Assembly (NCBI GenBank): GCA_963697335.1
Contig: CAVONQ010000018.1
Span: 32,001-96,000, forward strand
Length of the DNA stretch: 64,000 nucleotides
Direction: 5' to 3'
Source of the DNA: an uncultured cyanobacterium
Lineage (GTDB): Bacteria > Cyanobacteriota > Cyanobacteriia > PCC-6307 > Cyanobiaceae
Shown: piece by piece, positions 56,265 through 64,000 of the stretch
Layout of the letters: each line of letters opens with the position of its first letter
How positions within the stretch are numbered: position 1 is the first letter of the stretch
Position numbers and translations under genes: made by a program
Notes under the pieces: generated by a model
The model's input: only the letters and a program-made list of their open reading frames with translations
What the model was told of the DNA's origin: nothing
Database searches by the model: none

Positions 56265-58880
56265 CTACACCCCTGCCAGCACCTGGGCCTCCTGCTCGGC
56301 GCTCACCACCCGGCCGGAGTCGCCGAAGCCCTCGATCTGGTCGAAGTTGAGGTAGCGGTAGAGCTCGGCGCCGTAGGGATCGATCTTCTCGGCGGCGATG
56401 GCCAGGTACTCCTCCTTGCTGGGAATGCGGCCCAGCTGGGCGCAAACCGCCGCCAGTTCGGCGCTGCCCAGATACACCTGGGCGCCGTTGCCGAGTCGGT
56501 TGTTGAAGTTGCGGGTGCTGGTGGAGAACACGGTGGTGTTGTCCTCCACCCGGGCCTGGTTGCCCATGCACAGGGAGCAGCCCGGCATCTCCATGCGCGA
56601 GCCCGCCGCCTCGAAGGTGGCGTAGTACCCCTCCTCCTTGAGCTTCTCCTCGTCCATGCGGGTGGGGGGGCAGACCCAGAGGCGGGCGGTGTTCTGACCC
56701 TGGCCCTCCAGCACGTTGGCGGCGGCGCGGTAGTGGCCGATGTTGGTCATGCAGGAGCCGATGAACACCTCATCCACGGGGGCTCCGGCCACCTCCGACA
56801 GCGGTTTGACGTTGTCTGGGTCGTTGGGGCAGGCCAGGATCGGCTCGGTGATGGCGTCGAGGTCGATCTCGATCACGGCGGCATACTCGGCGTCGGCGTC
56901 GGCCTCCATCAGCACCGGATCGGCCAGCCAGGCCTCCATCGCCTTGATGCGCCGGGCCAGGGTGCGGGCATCGCCGTAGCCGCGGGCGATCATGTTCTTG
57001 AGCAGGGCCACATTGCTGCGCAGGTACTCGCTCACCGTCTCCACCGAGAGTTTGATGGTGCTGCCGGCGCAGGAACGCTCGGCGGTGGCATCGGTGAGCT
57101 CGAAGGCCTGCTCCAGCTTCAGATCAGGCAACCCCTCGATCTCCATGATGCGGCCGTTGAACACGTTCTTCTTGCCCTCCTTGGCCACGGTGAGCAGCCC
57201 CTGCTGGATGGCCACGTAGGGAATGGCGTTGACCACATCGCGCAGGGTCACTCCGGGCTGGAGTGAGCCGGAGAAGCGCACCAGCACCGATTCGGGCATG
57301 TCCAGGGGCATGGCGCCGATGGCGGCGGCGAAGGCCACCAGGCCCGAGCCGGCCGGGAAGGAGATCCCCAGGGGGAAGCGGGTGTGGCTGTCGCCGCCGG
57401 TGCCCACGGTGTCGGGCAGGAGCATGCGGTTCAGCCAGCTGTGGATGATGCCGTCGCCCGGTTGCAGGGCCACACCACCGCGGGAGGCCATGAAGTCGGG
57501 CAGCTCGGCGTGGGTCTGGAGGTCCACCGGCTTGGGATAGGCGGCGGTGTGGCAGAAGCTCTGCATCACCAGATCGGCGCTGAAGCCCAGGCAGGCCAGC
57601 TCCTTCATCTCGTCGCGAGTCATGGGCCCGGTGGTGTCCTGGCTGCCCACGGTGGTCATCAGCGGCTCGCAGGCGGTGCCGGGGCGCAGGCCGCTGAGGC
57701 CGCAGGCCTTGCCCACCATCTTCTGGGCCAGCGTGAACCCCTTGCCGGTGTCGGCGGGAGCACTGGGGCGGATGAACAGCTCAGAGGGGGGCAGCCCCAG
57801 CTGGGTGCGCACCTTGTCGGTGAGCGAGCGACCGATCATCAGGGGGATGCGACCGCCGGCGCGCACCTCGTCGGTGATCGTGCTGGGCTTGAGTTCGAAG
57901 CGGGCCACGATGGTGCCGGCGTCGGCTTCGCCGGCGGCCCGCTCGACCGTGCCCGCGAAGGGACGGATCGTGATCACGTCACCGGAGGCGAGGGCGCTCA
58001 CGTCGCATTCGATCGGCAGGGCGCCGGAATCCTCCGCGGTGTTGAAGAAGATCGGTGCAATCTTGCCGCCGAGCAGCACGCCGCCGCCGCGCTTGTTCGG
58101 CACGTGGGGAATGGCGGTGCCGGTGTGCCAGAGCACGGAGTTGATCGCCGACTTGCGGGAGCTGCCGGTGCCCACCACGTCGCCCACGTAGGCCACCGGG
58201 TGGCCCTTGGCCTTCAGCTGTTCGATCAGCTCCAGGCCTCCTGGCATCCGGGTTTCCAGCATCGCCATGGCGTGCAGGGGGATGTCGGGGCGGGTGGTGG
58301 CGTGGGTGGCCGGGGAGAGGTCGTCGGTGTTGGTCTCGCCCTCCACCTTGAACACCGTCACCGTGATCGCCTCCGGCAGGGGGGGCTTGGCGGTGAACCA
58401 CTCCGCGGCGGCCCAGCTGTCCACCACCCGGCGGGCGTGGGGGTTGGTCTCGGCCAGGTCGAGCACGTCGTGGAAGGAGTCGTAGACGAGCAGCGTGCGG
58501 CTCAGGCCCGTGGCCGCCGCCTCGGCGATTGCCCCGTCGCTGCTGGTGAGCAGCTCGATCAGGGAGCCCACGTTGTAGCCGCCGATCATGGTGGCCAGCA
58601 GCTCCACCGCCCGCACCGGGCTCACCAGGGGGCTGCTGGCCGTGCCTTTGGCCACACCCGTGAGCCAGCTGGCCTTCACGTAGGCGGCCTCATCCACTCC
58701 TGGTGGAATGCGTTCGGTGAGCAGGTGCAGCAGGGTCTCCTCCTCGCCCTGGGGTGGGGCCTCCAGCAGCTCGGTGAGGGCCTGGGCCTGGTCGGCCGTG
58801 AGTGGCAGGGCCGGCACGCCGAGGGCCTCCCGCTCAGCGGCGGCGGCGCGGTAGCTGGTGAGGAAGGTGTCTGCAGCCAT
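56265..58880 (-). CDS. acnB: Aconitate hydratase B
   Basis: [63 protein letters not shown]. Confidence 0.98.
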   Translation of the reverse strand: MAADTFLTSYRAAAAEREALGVPALPLTADQAQALTELLEAPPQGEEETLLHLLTERIPPGVDEAAYVKASWLTGVAKGTASSPLVSPVRAVELLATMIGGYNVGSLIELLTSSDGAIAEAAATGLSRTLLVYDSFHDVLDLAETNPHARRVVDSWAAAEWFTAKPPLPEAITVTVFKVEGETNTDDLSPATHATTRPDIPLHAMAMLETRMPGGLELIEQLKAKGHPVAYVGDVVGTGSSRKSAINSVLWHTGTAIPHVPNKRGGGVLLGGKIAPIFFNTAEDSGALPIECDVSALASGDVITIRPFAGTVERAAGEADAGTIVARFELKPSTITDEVRAGGRIPLMIGRSLTDKVRTQLGLPPSELFIRPSAPADTGKGFTLAQKMVGKACGLSGLRPGTACEPLMTTVGSQDTTGPMTRDEMKELACLGFSADLVMQSFCHTAAYPKPVDLQTHAELPDFMASRGGVALQPGDGIIHSWLNRMLLPDTVGTGGDSHTRFPLGISFPAGSGLVAFAAAIGAMPLDMPESVLVRFSGSLQPGVTLRDVVNAIPYVAIQQGLLTVAKEGKKNVFNGRIMEIEGLPDLKLEQAFELTDATAERSCAGSTIKLSVETVSEYLRSNVALLKNMIARGYGDARTLARRIKAMEAWLADPVLMEADADAEYAAVIEIDLDAITEPILACPNDPDNVKPLSEVAGAPVDEVFIGSCMTNIGHYRAAANVLEGQGQNTARLWVCPPTRMDEEKLKEEGYYATFEAAGSRMEMPGCSLCMGNQARVEDNTTVFSTSTRNFNNRLGNGAQVYLGSAELAAVCAQLGRIPSKEEYLAIAAEKIDPYGAELYRYLNFDQIEGFGDSGRVVSAEQEAQVLAGV

Positions 58881-59006
58881 GCCCGAAACTGTCGATCTGA
58901 CCTCCATTGTTCAGCGCGGAGCCGCCCGTTGTTGGTGTGCGCTGCTGCAAATGCACGCTGACTAGGGTGGGGGGTGGTCAATGGCCTTCCGCTGCAGTTT
59001 CGTCCC

Positions 59007-60089
59007 ATGCACGCCTCCACCAGTGATCTCCATGTGGTGGAGACCCGCCCCCTGGTGGCTCCCTCCCTGCTCCACCGCGAGCTGCCCATGGGGGAGAGCG
59101 CTGCCGCCACCGTGCAGGGGGCCCGGGAGCGGATCAAGGCGATCCTGCATGGCCGCGACAGCCGCCTGCTGGTGATCGTGGGCCCCTGTTCGGTCCACGA
59201 CATCAGCGCAGCGAAGGAGTACGCCGGCCTGATTGCGGAGGCCCGCCAGCGCCACGCCGCCGAGCTGGAGCTGGTGATGCGGGTGTACTTCGAGAAGCCC
59301 CGCACCACCGTGGGCTGGAAGGGGCTGATCAACGATCCCCACCTCGACGGCAGTTACGACATCAACACCGGCCTGCGCCTGGCCAGGGAACTGCTGCTGC
59401 ATGTGGCAGGCCTTGGTCTCCCGGCCGCCACTGAGCTGCTGGATCCGGTGGTGCCCCAGTACATCGCTGACCTGATCAGCTGGACCGCCATCGGCGCCCG
59501 CACCACCGAGAGCCAGACCCACCGCGAGATGGCGTCGGGCTTGTCGATGCCGATCGGCTTCAAGAACGGCACGGACGGCACGATCGCCACGGCCATCAAT
59601 GCGGTGGAGGCCTCCGCCCGGCCGCACCATTTCCTGGGCATCAACCAGGAGGGCTACGCCTCGATCGTCACCACCACGGGCAATCCCGATGGCCACCTGG
59701 TGCTTCGCGGCGGCAAGGGGGGGAGCAACTACCACCCGGAGGCGATCGAGGCGGCGGCCCAGGCCCTTGAGGCCGCCGGAATGCCGCCGCGGCTGCTGGT
59801 GGACTGCAGCCATGGCAACTCCAACAAGGACTACCGCCGCCAGGCCGATGTGGCCGCCCAGCTGGCCCAGCAGGTGGCGAGCGGCAGCAGTCATCTGATG
59901 GGGGTGATGCTGGAGAGCCACCTGGTGCCGGGCCAGCAGAAGATCCCCGCCGACCTGAGCCAGCTCACCTACGGCCAGAGCATCACCGATGCCTGCATCG
60001 ATCTGGACACCACCGAGCAGGTGCTGGATGGGCTGGCAGCAGCCGTGCGGGCGGCGGCCTCAGAGCGCAGGCCCCTGGCCATCGCCTGA
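59007..60089 (+). CDS. DAHP synthase, type I-alpha (AroF/G/H-like)
   Basis: VGPCSVHD, MRVYFEKPRTTVGWKGLINDP, IGARTTESQTHRE, DCSHGNS, YGQSITDACI. Confidence 0.96.
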   Translation: MHASTSDLHVVETRPLVAPSLLHRELPMGESAAATVQGARERIKAILHGRDSRLLVIVGPCSVHDISAAKEYAGLIAEARQRHAAELELVMRVYFEKPRTTVGWKGLINDPHLDGSYDINTGLRLARELLLHVAGLGLPAATELLDPVVPQYIADLISWTAIGARTTESQTHREMASGLSMPIGFKNGTDGTIATAINAVEASARPHHFLGINQEGYASIVTTTGNPDGHLVLRGGKGGSNYHPEAIEAAAQALEAAGMPPRLLVDCSHGNSNKDYRRQADVAAQLAQQVASGSSHLMGVMLESHLVPGQQKIPADLSQLTYGQSITDACIDLDTTEQVLDGLAAAVRAAASERRPLAIA

Positions 60090-60099
60090 GGCCCGAGGC

Positions 60100-60144
60100 G
60101 TAGTCATCTACGCCGCAGTCATCCAGTCTGCAGTGATCTAGCAC
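60100..60144 (+). repeat. Three degenerate 15-bp direct repeats
   Basis: GTAGTCATCTACGCC / GCAGTCATCCAGTCT / GCAGTGATCTAGCAC. Confidence 0.7.
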
Positions 60145-60164
60145 TCCACACTTGAGACTGCTAA
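60138..60164. promoter_or_regulatory. CIRCE element (HrcA operator)
   Basis: CTAGCACTC-cacacttga-GACTGCTAA versus consensus TTAGCACTC-N9-GAGTGCTAA: 16 of 18 matches with the exact 9-nt spacer. Confidence 0.75.
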
Positions 60165-60249
60165 CTGTTGCCAATGCAATGAAATGTTCGCCCTGGACAG
60201 ATTATCATTGAACTCTTCATAGGGTTGATTCGCTGTTGTTGGGGCCGTC

Positions 60250-60573
60250 ATGACTTACCTTCTCCAGTTCTGTGGCCTCAGCGATCCGCTGCAGGTGTTC
60301 TATCTGGAGCAATCGAGTGGCCCTGCCGTGGCCGGCTTCCGGCCGTTCCAGCTCGATGAGCTGCTCAGCTGGGCCCAGGGCATCGGCCAGCAGCGCCACT
60401 GGGATGCCGCCCTGATCCACCGCACCGTGATGCAGGCCTGGATGGAACGGGCTGACCTGATCCGCCAGTGGCAGCTGCGGCTGAAGGAGGAGTCCAGCGA
60501 CCGGCTGGTGGTGGCGGCTCTGGGCACCTCCGCCGACTGGGAGCGGCGCTGCGAGGATCTGTTCCGGGCCTGA
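60250..60573 (+). CDS. Hypothetical protein (107 aa) downstream of a CIRCE
   Basis: MTYLLQFCGLSDPLQVFYLEQ...WERRCEDLFRA; host GC3 bias; AT-rich promoter region upstream. Confidence 0.75.
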   Translation: MTYLLQFCGLSDPLQVFYLEQSSGPAVAGFRPFQLDELLSWAQGIGQQRHWDAALIHRTVMQAWMERADLIRQWQLRLKEESSDRLVVAALGTSADWERRCEDLFRA

Positions 60574-60586
60574 CCCCCGGTTGGAC

Positions 60587-61276
60587 TCAGCTGGCGCCCA
60601 GGGTTTGCCACAGCCAGGCCACCCCCAGGGGCACGGTTAGGTTGTCGATTCCAGCCACCCCCACCTGCTCCAGGGCGGTGGCCGCCAGGGCGATCGGCAC
60701 CACCCAGCCCAGGGCCGGTCCTGGGGTGAGGCTGGTCAGCAGGGCCAGCACGGCGCCGCTGGCGAGGGCCATCACCGCCGTGCCCAGCAGGGAGCGCCGC
60801 TGGCCCAGCACCTGCCAGCTCGGCGACGGCCGCAGCGGCCCGATCAGCCCGGCCAGGCCATCACCGACGGCCATCACCAGTACCCCCGCGGCCACCGTGG
60901 CCGGTTGCTGGGGCCAACAGCACCAGAGCAGCAGGGCAATGGAGGCGCCGTAGGCGACCGTGCCGTAGCTGCGGCGGCCCACATCCTCCACCGCCGGCAG
61001 CAGGCGCAGGCGGTGGTTCAGGGCGGCCAGCAGGGTGACGAGAGCTGCCGCCGGCACGGCGATCTCCCGGGCGATCCCCAGCCCCCAGGCGATCGGCACC
61101 ACGGCCCCCGTACCGATGTGCACCAGCTTGCGGCTCCATTCCCGCGGTCCCTCGCCAGCCCTCTGGCCCCAGCGACGCCGCACCCAGGTGGCCCCGGCGG
61201 CCAGCGCGGCCAGCCAGACCAGCACTGCCAGCACCCCGGCCAGCTGCTGCTGCCAGCCCTGCACGCTCAGTGCCAC
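60587..61276 (-). CDS. Diacylglycerol/polyprenol (phytol/dolichol-type) kinase family membrane protein
   Basis: EWSRKLVHIGTG, RRSYGTVAY, MAVGDGLAGLIG, IDNLTVP. Confidence 0.88.
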   Translation of the reverse strand: MALSVQGWQQQLAGVLAVLVWLAALAAGATWVRRRWGQRAGEGPREWSRKLVHIGTGAVVPIAWGLGIAREIAVPAAALVTLLAALNHRLRLLPAVEDVGRRSYGTVAYGASIALLLWCCWPQQPATVAAGVLVMAVGDGLAGLIGPLRPSPSWQVLGQRRSLLGTAVMALASGAVLALLTSLTPGPALGWVVPIALAATALEQVGVAGIDNLTVPLGVAWLWQTLGAS

Positions 61277-61286
61277 CCCACCGGGT

Positions 61287-62282
61287 TCAGGCTGCCTGCT
61301 GGTAGTTGCTCATCAGCCGCAGCTTCATGATCGCCTTGGCCTCGAGCTGGCGCACCCGCTCCCTGGACACGTTGATCAGGCGCCCGATCTCAGCCAGGGT
61401 GAGCGGTTCGGAGCCCTCCAGGCCGAAGCGCAGCCGGATGATCTTCTGCTCGCGCTCGTTCAGTTGGGAGAGCCAGGCGCCGAGGTGCTCCTTCTGGATG
61501 TGGCGATCCATGGAGTCGAAATGCTCGTTGCTCGCCGGATCCGCGATCAGCTCCCCGAGGGTGCTGCGATCCTCCTCGCCGCGGGCATGGGCATCAAGGG
61601 AGGCGCAGGGGGCACTCTGGGCCATCAGCTCCTCCAGGTCCTGGGGCCGCATGTCCATGGCATGGGCGAGCTCCAGGCGGTTGGGCTGTCGGCCGAGCCG
61701 ATGGGAGAGCTCCCGGGTGATGCGCCGCATCTTGGAGAGCTTCTCGCTGATGTGGATCGGCAGGCGAATCGTGCGGGCGCTGTTGTCGATCGCCCGGGTC
61801 ATGCCCTGGCGAATCCACCAGTAGGCATAGGTGGAAAACTTGTAGCCCATGGCGGGATCGAACTTGTCGACGGCGCGCTCCAGGCCGATGGCTCCTTCCT
61901 GGACCAGATCAAGCAGTTCCAGGCCCTGGTTCTGGTACTTCTTGGCCACGCTCACCACCAGGCGCAGGTTGGCCGCCATCATCCGATCGCGGGCCCTCTG
62001 GGCCATGCGGATCTGGCGCTTGTGCTTGGGAGTGAGCTCCTCAAGGGGCACCTGCTGCAGCCGCTTGCCGGCCTGAACGTGATGGGCCAGTTCGATTTCT
62101 TCAGCCGGAGTGAGAAGTGGCACACGACCGATGTTGCTGAGATACCAGCCGATGGAATCGGCGCTCAGGCGACCCGTAGGACGGGAGCTAGTGGTGCGCG
62201 ATTTTGAAGCTGATACCGCCGGTTTTTTGACGTCAATCAAGTTGACGTCTGAACCGGATTGCAATGGTGTCCCCACACCCAT
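61287..62282 (-). CDS. Group 2 (RpoD-like) RNA polymerase sigma factor
   Basis: YLSNIGRVPLLT, ANLRLVVSVAKKY, DLVQEG, GYKFSTYAYWWIRQ, VSRERVRQLE; no region 1.1. Confidence 0.95.
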   Translation of the reverse strand: MGVGTPLQSGSDVNLIDVKKPAVSASKSRTTSSRPTGRLSADSIGWYLSNIGRVPLLTPAEEIELAHHVQAGKRLQQVPLEELTPKHKRQIRMAQRARDRMMAANLRLVVSVAKKYQNQGLELLDLVQEGAIGLERAVDKFDPAMGYKFSTYAYWWIRQGMTRAIDNSARTIRLPIHISEKLSKMRRITRELSHRLGRQPNRLELAHAMDMRPQDLEELMAQSAPCASLDAHARGEEDRSTLGELIADPASNEHFDSMDRHIQKEHLGAWLSQLNEREQKIIRLRFGLEGSEPLTLAEIGRLINVSRERVRQLEAKAIMKLRLMSNYQQAA

Positions 62283-62506
62283 GCCCCCGAATTTGAATGT
62301 GGGCGGAATGTAGCACTCCTGGCCTCAAGGCAAGGTTGAAATTGCGAAGAATTTCTGAAAAGCCACCCATACCAGGATTGTTTTGTGTCTATCGATGCAT
62401 TTCACTGGCCCAATCAGGCCCTCTGCTCGTGCTGCCTGTGCCGGGCTCCTGGTGGAGGACCTGACGGGAGGCTACCGCTTGGTCCGCTCCGGTCAAGCCC
62501 TTCAGG

Positions 62507-64000
62507 TCAGGCCGCGCGCGCTGGGGTCAAGCCGCCTCGCCACCGCTCCATCAGGCTGGCCTGGGCCCGCTGGCCCTCGCCATCGCTGGGCGGCTGCTCA
62601 AAGCTGCCATCGGAGCGCATGTGCCAGCCACCGGGGTCGTTGAGGTAGAGGTCGAGCACCGCTTCCAGCTGGTGGCGCAGGGCTGGATCCTCGACCGGAG
62701 CGACGGCCTCCACCCGGCGGTCCAGGTTGCGGCTCATCCAGTCGGCACTGCCTAAATACACTTCAGGCTCGCCGGCGTTGCCAAACCAGAACACACGGGA
62801 GTGTTCCAAGAACCTGCCGATCACACTCACCACCCGGATGTTCTCGCTGATTCCTTCCAGGCCCGGGCGCAGGCTGCACATGCCGCGAATCACCAGCTCG
62901 ATCGTCACGCCCGCCTGGGAGGCCTCATAGAGCAGGGCAATGATGCCCGGATCCACCAGGGAGTTCATCTTGGCCCTGATGTGGCCACCTCGGCCGGAGT
63001 GGGCGTGGTCGATCTCACGTTGAATCAGCCCCAGCTTGCGCTTGCGCAGCGTCACCGGGGCTACCAGCAAGCGGCGGAAGCTCTGCTGCTTGGAGAAGCC
63101 GGTGAGGTAGTTGAACAGCTCCACCAGATCGGCGCCGAACTCAGGCCTTGCCGTGAGCAGCCCGAAGTCGGTGTAGAGGCTTGAGGTCTTGGCGTTGTAG
63201 TTGCCGGTGCCGATGTGCACGTAGCTGTTCAGCCGCTCCTTCTCTTTGCGCACCACCAGGAGGATCTTGGTGTGGGTCTTGAGGCCCAGCACGCCGTACA
63301 CCACGTGCACCCCGGAGCTCTCGAGGCGTTTGGCCCACTGAATGTTGTTGTCCTCATCGAAGCGGGCCTTGAGCTCCACCAGGGCCATCACCTGCTTGCC
63401 GTTCTCGGCCGCCCGGATCAGGGCGGCGATCACGGCCGAGTCCCTGGAGGTGCGGTAGAGCGTCATCTTGATCGCCAGCACCAGCGGATCGTCGGCTGCC
63501 TGATTCAGAAACTCCTCCACAGAGGTGGAGAACAGGTCGTAGGGATGCTGCAGCAGCACATCACCCCGGCGGATCACCGAGAAGATGCTCTCGAATTCCT
63601 CCGCCTTGAGGGAACCGTCCTCCAGCAGGCCCTTCTGGGCGCGGGCCAGCACCGGGCTGGTGCGGCCCTTGTGGGGCCGGTCCTTGAGCTGGGGCAGGGG
63701 CACAGCCAGCAGGCTCATCAGATCGTCGAGCCCCAGGGGGCCGCTGACCCGGTACACGTCCTCCTCTTCCACGTCGGTGCCCTGCATCAGCAGCTGCAGC
63801 ACCGACTCCGGCACCTCATCGGCCACCTCCAGACGCACCACCTCGCCCCCGCGGCGACGCTTGCGCAGACCTTCTTCGAGGGCCTCCATCAGGTCATCGG
63901 CCTCGAGATCGCGCAGCTCCAGGTCCGCATCGCGGGTGACGCGGAAGAAGTAGTGGCCCTCCACGCTCATGCCGGGGAAGAGGAGTTCGAGGTTGAACGC
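62507..64000 (-). CDS. ppk1: Polyphosphate kinase 1 (C-terminal part; 5' end beyond the window)
   Basis: FRVTRDAD, LLQHPY, KMTLYRTS, ELKARFDE, LKTHTK, HIGTGNYN, GRFLEHSR, GSADWMSRNLDRRVE. Confidence 0.97.
   Translation of the reverse strand, partial: AFNLELLFPGMSVEGHYFFRVTRDADLELRDLEADDLMEALEEGLRKRRRGGEVVRLEVADEVPESVLQLLMQGTDVEEEDVYRVSGPLGLDDLMSLLAVPLPQLKDRPHKGRTSPVLARAQKGLLEDGSLKAEEFESIFSVIRRGDVLLQHPYDLFSTSVEEFLNQAADDPLVLAIKMTLYRTSRDSAVIAALIRAAENGKQVMALVELKARFDEDNNIQWAKRLESSGVHVVYGVLGLKTHTKILLVVRKEKERLNSYVHIGTGNYNAKTSSLYTDFGLLTARPEFGADLVELFNYLTGFSKQQSFRRLLVAPVTLRKRKLGLIQREIDHAHSGRGGHIRAKMNSLVDPGIIALLYEASQAGVTIELVIRGMCSLRPGLEGISENIRVVSVIGRFLEHSRVFWFGNAGEPEVYLGSADWMSRNLDRRVEAVAPVEDPALRHQLEAVLDLYLNDPGGWHMRSDGSFEQPPSDGEGQRAQASLMERWRGGLTPARAA

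Noticed and set aside
59983..60174. 63-aa minus-strand ORF covering the CIRCE and the 15-bp repeats
   Set aside because: It overlaps the 3' end of the DAHP synthase gene and has atypical codon use; regulatory DNA is a better explanation.
62310..62336. CIRCE left half-site (TAGCACTC) upstream of the sigma factor gene
   Set aside because: There is no matching right arm 9 nt downstream (it reads AGGCAAGGT).

Overview
High-GC picocyanobacterial (Cyanobium/Synechococcus-like) chromosome segment spanning the probable replication origin, a DnaA-box cluster between dnaN and thrC. It is mostly core genome. Left arm: dnaJ (partial), grpE, pilB-pilT-pilC, HI0933 flavoprotein, dusA, rbp, argH, PP2C phosphatase, ftsY, nusB, DUF502, HpsJ-like, queG, TPR, gyrA/parC paralog, purF, purL, PRC-barrel protein, dnaN. 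Right arm: thrC, DUF1400, ABC1 kinase, recN, SDR, rhodanese, uvrA, hydrolase, LCP, purT, mraY, argG, rpsF, Tic20, aroE, dnaK, pstS, FAD oxidoreductase, psbQ, purU, radical SAM, ClC, acnB, DAHP synthase, polyprenol kinase, group-2 sigma factor, ppk1 (partial). I saw no rRNA, tRNA, CRISPR, IS or prophage, and no clearly novel multi-gene system. The most notable observations are: (1) a near-perfect CIRCE (HrcA operator) plus a 3x15-bp repeat upstream of an uncharacterised 107-aa gene; (2) a ClC homolog lacking the gating Glu and apparently the central Tyr; (3) a 1-nt frameshift in aroE; (4) low-GC patches over pilB(3')-pilT-pilC and inside the ABC1 kinase; (5) two probable CTG starts; (6) a Pho-box candidate that reuses a stop codon and a K-box-like site before dnaK. 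All family assignments come from motif recognition, not database searches.
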